Source: Octopus vulgaris
Taxonomy: Eukaryota
Length of the DNA: 64,000 bases
Direction of reading: 5' to 3'
NCBI GenBank assembly: GCA_951406725.2
Contig: OX597815.1
Span: 117,180,001-117,244,000, forward strand
The notes below the pieces were generated by a model. That model worked only from the letters and a program-made list of their open reading frames with translations. It did not search any database and was not told where the DNA came from. Every line of letters begins with the position of its first letter. The stretch's first letter is position 1. The position numbers and the translations under genes are program-made. Shown piece by piece: positions 41,601-53,184 of the stretch.

Positions 41601-42742
41601 TCATTATGCAAAGGAATAATTACAGACATTTCAAGCTGATAGACCAATTCTTAGAAGTAGTTGTGATAACCTTTCAATTCAAGACTATTCTTCTGGGTTT
41701 GACACTTTTTCTACTGTTCTTTCACAAAGAAAAGGATCAATAAGAACCAGGTCCTCAAAATATAAAAGTTACTAAGGATATGTGTAAGTAAAGATTAAAT
41801 AGGTAGTTGATAACAAAGAAGATACATCTCTTGTTTATCATTGGGGTTTGGTTTCCCAAAACAATACAGTGATAATTGAATCGGTGATAAATGAATCACC
41901 CCCATGTACTTTGTAAATAGAATGAATGATAGATTCATTGATACTAGATTCATGGCCCACAGCTTCAAAGCTTCTGCCATCATGTATTTTCTCAATCAAC
42001 TCTATCTTTTCCTTTAGAGAATACACTCATTTGCATCATTTGTTAGGATCAGGCGTCTTCATATTTTTTTCTTTTCACTGGTTCCATGTTGATGGGTGCT
42101 AGTACATAAATCCATGAAATAGATATGAATCCTTGCAGCATGGTGATGTAAACAAGTGACAACCAGTGTATTCTGGGTAGCTGAGCATTGTGGGGTGGTT
42201 GCTGGGGTATATTTTTTTACAATACAAGTAGAATCTTCAACTGGTTACCAACCTGTGTTATTTACACAACAACCTGTAATAAGGTTAACATGGTTTCTAA
42301 TTGAATGTACCATGTTATCTCAGATGACTACTGACTGAATCAGTGATAAACAAGGCTACATGTATTAGCAATAATGGTGATAATTAGTGTTACAGTGATA
42401 ATCATTGTTATTATTGTTTTTGGCCTGATTATGTTTTTCTGATATCGTTATTTTTTAATGAAATGAACCTTTTATTTTCTCTTGCAAACAACCCTAATTG
42501 TTGTATAGAGACTGTTATTAGTGAAAAGTAGAACTCAAAATGTCTTTGATGATTGACAATTTGGTTTTATTATGTATATGGTGCAGGCATGGTTGTGTTG
42601 TTAAGAAGTTTGCCTCCCAACCATATAATTACAGGTTCATTCCCCTTGTGTGACACTTTGGGTAAGCATCTTCTTCTATAGCCCCAAGCTGACCAAGGCC
42701 TTGTGAATGGATCTGGTAGATGAAAGCTAAAAGAAGCCCATC

Positions 42743-42778
<36 letters not shown>

Positions 42779-45044
42779 GTGTGTATGTATGTGTGTGTGT
42801 GTGTATGTGTGTGTGGGTGTGCATGTGGCAGTGGGGTGGGAGATGTGCATATTTGTATATTTTTGCCTTGATATCGCATGCTAATTGCAAACAAGTGTCG
42901 CCATCATATGAACAATGTCATTTGTTTGCAATCTTCTGGAAAAGCATGTCTGGCCTTGGAGAAATATTATCTTTGGCTTGAGGAAAGGCATCCAGCTGTA
43001 GAAAATTTGCCTCAGCAAACTCTCTCTGAGACATGTGACCCATGCAAGCATGCAAAATAGATTTTAAAATGACAATGATGGTGGTAACGGTGGTAGCGAC
43101 AGAAGGGGTGGTGGTAGTTGTGGTGGAGGTAGTAGCAGTGCCTGAATAAGAAAAAAATAATTTCAGGTTTTTTTTGATGTCTTAAAACTTGCATATTTGA
43201 ACTTTTCAAAATAAAATTAAAAAAAAATTTTTTGGGATGCCAATTTCCAGATTCATCTGTTAGAAAGTATTCCAAATGAATCTATCAATTCAGATGCTGC
43301 ATTAAACCATGCTTACAGAAAAGCCAAGTAAGTAGTCTTGAACTGAATTCTTCCACAATGTTTTCATATTTATTATGTTTGTTTTAAAATGACATGTAAA
43401 AACATGAAATAAAATACCTTACTTGAAAATCAAATAAGGATTGACATCAGGAAGAGCATCCCACCATTAGAATATAATCTCAAAATGTCTCATCCAACCC
43501 ATGCCAGCATGGAAAAACCAAGCATAAAAATATTCTTTTCTACTCTAGGCACGAGGCCTGAAATTTTTTGGGAGGGGGCCAGTCGATTAGATTGACCCCA
43601 GTACACAACTGGTACTTAATTTATCGACCCTGAAAAGATGAAAGGCAAAGTTGATCTTGGCAGAATTTGAACTCAGAACGTAAAGACAGATGAAATACAG
43701 CTAAGCATTTCACCTGGTGTGCTAATGTTTCTGCCAGCTTGCTGCGTTCCAAGCATAAAAATATCAAATACAGGAGTGCTTCTGCTTGGCATTGGCGGCT
43801 CCAGCTCATATCCGAGCATTGGAGTTGTCAGTTTTTTTACAGTCTCCTCGGCAAATGTTTGTGCTGAATGTGACTTTGGAGTCCAAGTCGGTGGTTAAAG
43901 AGTCATGGACAGAATTCACACAGGATGGTCGGTGTGGGTCAAGGATGTTGAAGATGCTCTTTTCTTCTGTGTTTTACCTCCTCGTTCTGTTGTCTATTCT
44001 GCTTGAAGGAGCTGGTTCCATTGTGGATAGCAGTCCTCCTGGCTGTCCTATCCATGGAAATCTGTTTCCATGAGGATGGCTGGATGTTGGTTTGAGTCAG
44101 TGTCCGTTTGAGCTGGTTTTTGAAACAGAATTTTGAACCTCCTCTGGGTCTTGTTCCCATTGCAAGTTCTCCATAGAGCATGATCCATATGCTGGATGTG
44201 ACCTTCTCAGTGTAAACGATGGCAAAGAATGGTGACTTCGAGACTTGGTAGTGAGGATTGGCAAAGAACCTCATTGTTGGTAATGTGATCTTCCCAATGA
44301 ATATTGAGGATCCGTTGTAGCTTGGATTGCTGGAAGCATTCAAGGCCCTTGAAGTCATGGCAGTACAGTGTCCAAGTCTCACAAGCATAGAGAAGAGTTG
44401 ACAGGACAATGGCATGGACGACCATGAGCTTTGTCCGGATGGTCAGCATGTGATTGAAGAATAAACATCAATCATAGAATATACAATAAACTATATAAAG
44501 TACATATTTGGGTTGACACAGTCTTGGTCAAGAACTTTGCTTCTCAACAAAATGGTTTCGGGTTCAGTTGCACTGCATGGCACTCTAGGTAAGTTTCTTC
44601 TCTGACAGCCCCAGGTCAAGCAAAGCCTTCTGTGTGGTTTTGGTTGATGGAAACTGAAGGAAAGCCAGCTTATATATGTATGTATATCATCATCATCATC
44701 ATCATTTAATGTCCTTTGTTTTTTGATGCTGGCATGGGATGGTTGGTTTGACAAATATAGAAGAGCCAATGAGTTCTGCCTGGTTCTCTGTCTGCTTTGG
44801 CATAGTTTCTACAGCTGAATGCCCTTCCTAATGCCAACCACTTGACTGTGTACTGGGTGCTTTTTATGTGCCACCAGCATGAGGGCCAGTCAGGCGGTTA
44901 TGGCAACGACCACGCTCACGCTCAAAAGGTGTTTTTACTTGCTACCTGCACGGGAGCCAGTCTGGCAGCACTGACAACGACCACACTCGAACGTTACTTT
45001 TCACGTGCCATCGGCACATGTGCCGGTAAGGCGACGCTGGCTTG

Positions 45045-45087
<43 letters not shown>

Positions 45088-46090
45088 ATTAATAATTAAG
45101 GGTACTATCAAGCAGTACCAGTGTACTCACATAGCAGTCAAACTGACCAAACCATAAGTTTAGTGACAATTTGTGGTTTGGTCAGTTTGACTGTTATGTC
45201 AGCATGCTGGTACTTCTTGCTAGTACCCTTAATTTTAAATTGATATTTTATACCATTATAGGTTTTTTTATGCTTGCTAAACCAATGATAATATACTAAA
45301 TAATAATATCATAGGCGCAGGAATGGCTGTGTGGTAAGTAGCTTGCTTACCAACCACATTGTTCTGGATTCAGTCCCACTGCATGGCACCTTGGGCAAGT
45401 GTCTTCTACTATAGCCTTGGGCCGACCAAAGACTTGTAAGTGGATTTGGTAGACGGAAACTGAAAGAAGCCCATTGTATATATGTATATGTGTGTATATG
45501 TTTGTGTTTCTGTGTTTGTACCCCCCAACATCGCTTGACAACCGATGCTGGTGTGTTTGTGTCCCCGTAACTTAGCGGTTCGGCAAAAGAGACCGATAGA
45601 ATAAGTCCTGAGGTCGATTTGCTTGACTAAAGGCGGTGCTCCAGCATGGCCATAGTCAAATGACTGAAACAAGTAAAAGAGTAAAGTGTAAAGGGTATCC
45701 TCACATATACTTATATATATACATATATACACACACACACTAATATATACATGGGTGGGCTGTTTGAGTGATTGAATCAACTAGGACACTTGTTGTAACT
45801 GATGGAGAGCCAGACCATCTATAACAAATGATGTGAAAAGTTTTTCTTTTTTTTGTATTTACTCTGCATTGTATCTTCCGAGAAGAATATTCAATACATC
45901 CTTGTATTTTGCATCCCATGAGTGAAATGGTGCAGCAATGAATATGGATAGATCCAGCTGCCAGCTTTCTTTGAAGAGTTAAAGAGTCATGAACAAACAT
46001 GGCATCTTTGGATGGTGCAACAAAGGATTCAATCAATATATGAAAGATATTTCACAGTGATGATGCAATTATTCAGTTGTTATCAGAATG

Positions 46091-46122
<32 letters not shown>

Positions 46123-46802
46123 TAAACACACACATTCATAAACAGTCTGTTATTCTCTCTCTCTCTCCCCCTCTCTCTCTTTTTCTCTGTCCCTTTTGTT
46201 CTCTCTTACTCTTTCTCTTTCTCCCTTTTTGGCTGTTTGCCTGTCTGCCCTCCTACTTTCTTTCTCTCTCCCCCTCTCCCCCTCCTTCTTTAGCCTCTCT
46301 CTAGGCTATCTATCTGAGCTGAAAGAATACTTTGAATCAATAGTTATTGTCATTTAGCCAAGGTCAGTTCTGATCAAGTTGACCTATGATCAAAAAATGG
46401 CATCCAAGCCATGAACATGCCTTCCTATCCACTTTTTTCTTTAGAGTGTACTCTGGACTACATTGGTTGAGAAGATGGTTGTGTGTGTTTTGAGAAAGGA
46501 TAAGCTGCTATTTCTAGCAAGTTTAGTAGCCATATTGACACATCCTTATTGGTTCATTGAACCAATAGTTATTTGTCCATTAATAAAAATAGAATTACAG
46601 AAGTTATCCTCATTTCTTTCGATAAATATAAATGGATTATGAAGCAATATGGATTGGTGTCTTTCTACAATTCAACTTGGAATTATTATTGGACTGAAAA
46701 TGTATGATTTATTTCTAATTAACTTATAAAAACATCAATAAATTTTGTATAAGAATGTGTAATCAACTTAAGTTGTCTTTTTTAATTTTTATTGTGTGTG
46801 TA

Positions 46803-46833
<31 letters not shown>

Positions 46834-47435
46834 TTTAATAATTATATACATAATTATAACAAAGGATTGGCTATAATCCTCTCCACATGCTAGAAAAATA
46901 TATGCCTAAAGATGCTATTACCACCTTAAAAACTCCAAAAAATAAAACACAGGTTGTAGCTGAGCAAAAGAAAGATAATGAATTAAACTTTTAGTTAACC
47001 ATGTACAAGATCCTGTTTCAAGCTTAAGGTAAAAAAATGATATCTACTGTTCTCATCAGCAACGATATTCCATAGAATAAATTGACAAGTATCTACACAT
47101 ACATATACAAGCAACGGCTTCATACAGCAATACACACTTGTAGAAATGTAGTGCCTGGAGAGGCTTATAGCCAATCCCTTGTTATAATTATGTATGTAAT
47201 TATTAAAATATTTGTAAAATTTACCTATAAGGTTTTTAAATCCATGCTGATGCCATGATAGATCTTTAGCCACTACACACATTTTTTTTTCTCTACTTGT
47301 TTTTTCTGTGTCCCTTTCTGTAGAAGAGTGTAGGCTCGAAATGTAAAAGACTTTTTCTATTCCTGAGCATTATACTAATACATCTGTTTGTTTTGTACAC
47401 CACCTGTGTCGTCTTTTGTTTTTTTCATAAACTCT

Positions 47436-47489
<54 letters not shown>

Positions 47490-50400
47490 AAAAGCAAGAA
47501 AAAATATTTCTCCTGGTGTAGGCACAGCTGTGTTGTAAGAAGTTTGCTTCTTAACCATATAGCTTGGGTTCATTCCCACTGTGTGGCACCTTGGGCAACT
47601 GAATTCTATCGCAGGCCTTGGCTGACCAAAGCTTTGTGAGTTTACCAGAAGACAAGTGATGTTAAGTGATAGGAAGAGCATTTGTCAATATGAACTCTGT
47701 CTCAATAAATTCTGTCTAACCTATACAAGCATAGAAAAGTGAATGTTAAAATTAAAGGAAGCAATTGTTATTGGCTGTTGTTTGTTAAATATATTTCATC
47801 AATTATACTTGAACATAGTTATGTCAAGGAGGGAACCATATACTATCAAAATTCTTTGAAACAACTCACAGACCCTGTACTTTAGAAATAATGTATAATC
47901 CGTTTGAGTATTGGGCCTCATGGAGGCAAAGTGGCTGAGTTCCTTTCGAGTATTGGGCATCATGGAGGCAATGACTGAGACCTTTGGCATTATGTCATGC
48001 TTGAGAAGAAGACCCATCAAGCCAAGCAAGATCGCAGTTGTGGCAGATACCAGTGTCATGCAAATGGTACTCATGCTGGTGGCATGTAGAAGTACCCATT
48101 ACACTCTCGGAGTGGTTGGTGTTAGGAAGGGCATCCAGCTGTAGAAAACCATGCTGAACCAGACTGGAATCTGGGGCAGCCTTCCAGCTTACCAGTCATG
48201 GTCAAACTGTCCAACCCATGTCAGTGTGGACAATGGATGTTAAATGATGATAATGTTGATGAAACGTTACCAAGTGGAGGTGCATGGCTTAGTGGTTAGG
48301 TTATTGGACTCATGATCATAAGGTTGCAGTTTCAATTCCTGGACCAAGCAGTGTGTTGTGTTCTTGAGCAAAAACACTTCATTTCATGCTGCTCCAGTCC
48401 ACTCAACTGGTAAAAATGAGTCATCCTGTGATGGACCAGTTCCCTATCAAGAGAGGAAATATTTACCAGAGAAACCAGCAAACTGACCCTATATTGCTTA
48501 TGGGGTAATGTGGACCAACTAATAGTTACCAAATGCAATTTAAAACAAACTTCAAGATTTGATCAGTTTTCTAACTATAGCCATTCCTAGTTTGTTTTAG
48601 CCATTTAAAAATTTTTAATCCAAGAGAGAAGGGCAGCCTTTGAAACTGATGAGCAGGAGGAGTGTTTAGGAGTAAAATAGAAAAGGAAAATAGAGAAACA
48701 TTTTCCTTTCCAGACTCATTCCTTGTAAGTCATAGGATTTAGAAGAAGAAATAGTTCTCAGTTTTTTTATGAATGTTTATTGTTTATACAGATGAGTCAC
48801 TTTAGATTTGTGGAAAAATCCCAAGCAGTTATTAGCTTCAATAGGTAGATTTCCTTTTCAATGTAAAGAACTGGAAGAATCAATAACAGACAAATGCTTA
48901 TTCACTTGGAAATTGCTAATTTGTCCAGGAAATCATTTGTAGGAAATTTGTAGGAAACTGAACAATTGTGTTCCATCAATGGTTAGTTTAAATAAATCAA
49001 TTTACTATTTGTTATAAAATATTAGCCAAGAAAGGAAATTCTGTTGTTACAACAAGCAGCCTTATGAAATATTGATTGCACTGAACCTATCGACATATTA
49101 AACAAAAGAGCAGAAATTGTGTTCAACATGAAAAATATGCAGCTTAAATCATGCCTCTTTGAGTAGCTTGTTGAATAAACTGGGGCAACACATGTAAATC
49201 TACACACATATGTAAGATGCTTTTCAAGAGACAAGTGTATTAGCTAACTTTAAACAGTTACCAATATAACAGTTACAAGTATATTAACTGACTTAACCCT
49301 TTGACATTTAAACTGGCCATATCCGGCCCAAGTATTCTACTTTTCTATATGTTCAAACCTGCCAGATCCAGCTTCCCACATCTCTTCTACAATGTCATTT
49401 TAAGAATAAACAATGACATCATTGAAATCTTGAAGCTATGAGATAATGCATGATTTACTTGAAGTAATGTGAGTAAATAAGCTTTACATTTGACAGAGTA
49501 ATCTGAATGATAATGGGTTAAGCCCTTTATTCTCTAAGGAGCAGAGGCCATTGATGATTTTTCTTCATTATTCTTGGCTCTGGGCTGTTATGGCAACTCC
49601 CTCAGTATGGGATAAGTACTGTTATCAGTGGTCTGGAATTCTCGAAGGAAGGCCTTCCTCACTTAGTGTTGGATTTTAGAATTTGACTCAAACTGAACAC
49701 TTACTGTACATACCTATTATCTTGTGTCATTTGACATCTTAGTATCCTCTCTCATATATATGTATGTGTATGAGTTTATATATATATATATATAATTTTT
49801 TTTTTAACTGAGAAGCATTCATGTCTGGCTGTTTGTTTGTCTTCCTCAAGCTCTTTAAATTTGCATCATCCACCCTTTTCATTCAACTTTCATTCTGTGT
49901 GCTTAACATTACACTCTTCTCTCTTTGTACACTACAGCAAACACTTCTGATATCCAGTTTTTCTTTCGGTGTACTTGTGTGCTCTGTCATTCATACTTGC
50001 TAGTATCACATATGCTGTAGAGTATGCTGGTCTCATTTCTTTTCAGCCTTTACTTATCCTCTATATTCAGTAATCATGTCTCACTACTAATGTGTGTGTG
50101 TGTGTGTATATATCACAGTCACTGATTTACAGGCTTGTACTTCAGAGGTACTGGTCTACATAAGATGCACTCAAGCCAGTACTGTGTAAGCACATCTGTG
50201 CTGGTGGCGCTTAAAAAACAGCCAGCACACTCTTTAAAGTGGTTGGCATTAGGAAGGGCATCCAACTGTAGAAATCATACCACAACACACAATCAAGTTG
50301 TGTCTGGAGTCCAATTGAAGGCTGGACAGCTCCTTGGCTAGCCAGCACCTGTCAAAGTGTCCAACCCATGCTAGCATGGAAAATGGACATTAAAGGACGA

Positions 50401-50795
50401 CGATGATGTCCTCTATGTGTATGTAACTATTATGACTTTGTCATATTTATAATATCATTATTAAGGTGAAGGTGGTGAGTTGGTGGAATTGTTAGCATGT
50501 TGGGCAAAGTGCTTAGCAGCATTTCATCAGTCTTTACATTTTGAGTTTGTACTCCACTGAGGTTGATTTTGCCTTTCATCCTTTTGGGGTCAATAAAATA
50601 AATACCAGTTGAGTACTGGAGTGAATATTAATCAACTTAACCTGTTCCCTGAAATTGGTGGTCTTGTGCCAAAATTTGAAATCGATATTATTATTATTAT
50701 ACTTAATGATAATATTTATATTATAAAGTATTTCCTATGCTGTAATAAAACATATGTAACATGGAATTAAAAATATATCAAATTTTCCAGTCATT

Positions 50796-50838
<43 letters not shown>

Positions 50839-51661
50839 CAAGGAAAAATTGTAAAAATGCAGAATGCTCAAATGAAAGAAAATTTTAATGAAATGAGAAA
50901 TTGATAAAATATATAAATATATATTTATTCAAACCGGTTTTCGTCATTGTGTGACTTGTCAAGAATATGTACATATCTATTATTATTCTTTTGCAAAAAA
51001 CAATGCAATTTTCTTTTTTCCCCTTTCTAATTTTTAAAAAACTTTTTAACCTAAATATTCTTGACAAGTCACACAATGACGAAAACCGGTTTGAATAAAT
51101 ATATATTTATATATTTTATCAATTTCTCATTTCATTAAAATTTTCTTTCATTTGAGCATTCTGCATTTTTACAATTTTTCCTTGCTTATCATTTCTCCAT
51201 GTGCAGTCAACACAACCCCACCATTTATTGATCTATAAATATATATATATATTTATACTAGCAGTATAACCCGGCCTTGCCTGGGATTAAGTTACGATTA
51301 TTAAGCTAATCAAGTTCTTTATTTCAAACCAAACTAAGTAATATTAACGTCAAATTTGGGAAAAATCCGTTGAAATTGGTTTATATATATATATTATATA
51401 TCACAATCAAGGAACGGCCATAATAGGCCATTCACCCACTAGAAATAACAGAACTCAAAATAACATATTCCATTAAAATTTTTAATTTTCTCCTGGTTTC
51501 GGATATATATTTCTAGTGGGTGAATGGCCTATTATGCCGTTCCTTGATTGTGATGTTGAACTTATAAATGGTCTATGACTATTTAATTTTTTCCCACTAG
51601 GCCGTGGTGGCAAAAAATTCTACAAAATTTTTTTGCCACCATATATTGATTAATTATATAT

Positions 51662-51708
<47 letters not shown>

Positions 51709-52847
51709 ATATAATATAATATAATATAATATAAATATATATGGGCAACACACACGTACGTACGTACACCTATTGCATGTTTTGTGCATGCATACATGTT
51801 CATAAACAGAAATGAATGGAAAAAATGTTGGTAAATTTGTAGATTAACACTTGCACAATTTTCACTAAGAAAAAAATCGTTTTTTTTGTGTGGAAGCAAC
51901 TACTCTGGCCTCCGAATATGCTACAAAACTCTTTTTTTGGTCCGTGAAATGGAGTGGGCTGTGGTGGAAGCCTCGGAAATTGTACCCATTTATATTGTGT
52001 AATTCACTGACAAACTGTTACCTACCTCTTTGTTTCTTTGTTGTTAAATAAATGGATTCTCAACAAAACACCTTTTTACTCAGCGTAAAATAAAAACAAA
52101 ACTCTTTCGCACTCAGAGTAATGTGTGTGTGAGAGGGAGTGGGGAGAAAGATGAACGATTTAAAATAAATGTATTGTAAATGTTGTGTGAGAAAGTATAT
52201 TTACTATGATCATAAAATATAGTGTCTTTCAAAAACATCCTAAATTTGAACACCATATCTCGTGTTTAAGAAAAAACAAAACATTTTACATTATATTTTT
52301 TATGAACGTCGTCACTTACTCTCTCTCTCACTTTGTCTTTCCCTTCTTTTTTGTTTAGACGCTGTGAAACTCTCTGCCTCTCTTCCACTTTTCTTTACCT
52401 TGTTTTTTTGTTAGCCACTCGGCAAACTATCTCCCACTCTTCCTTACACTTACTTTTTCTTTACTATTTTTGTTAGACGTTGCAAAACACTCTCTCACAC
52501 ACACACACACATACATCAACACACAACTTCTCTCTCTCTCCCTCACACACACACTTTCGCTTGGCTATGGCTAGAAGAGACTTAACACATGTCATCAACC
52601 TTCAAAATAGGTAAAAGCTATGGTTGAAAATAAATTTTTACTGCTAAAAGCTATGGCTGAAAATAGATTTTTACCCCCCCCCCCGCTATCCACGGGTGCC
52701 TGGGGGCGGGGAATAAGTTGACAAAACCCAGATAGGATGTTGACGAATGTCCTCCTAAAATTGGAGCGACATGCGTGCTAATTTGTGGACGTGTATAAAT
52801 TACAATCACGTACACACACGCACAGACATCATGCCTTTTATAGATCC

Positions 52848-52933
<86 letters not shown>

Positions 52934-53146
52934 GTAAAATATATAGGGTAGTGATTTTTTTTTAGAAATTTCACTACCAGCGGCCTAGCATGTATAAAAA
53001 AGAAAAGTCAATAGACAACATATTCTCAATATAAAATAGTGTACATTTAAACATAAGAGTTTTGGTTGTTTTGACTGCTTCTTCTAATGTGTAAAGCTGC
53101 TTGTTAAAGGCAGCTTCTCTTGTGTTTAAATGTACGCTATTATATA

Positions 53147-53184
<38 letters not shown>

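Larger units (their letters stand above)
50834..51189. repeat. Perfect 135-bp inverted repeat (86-bp spacer) embedded between (TA)n tracts; Penelope-like pseudo-LTR derivative
   Basis: 50834-50968 is the reverse complement of 51055-51189; each arm holds a hammerhead motif. Confidence 0.92.
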
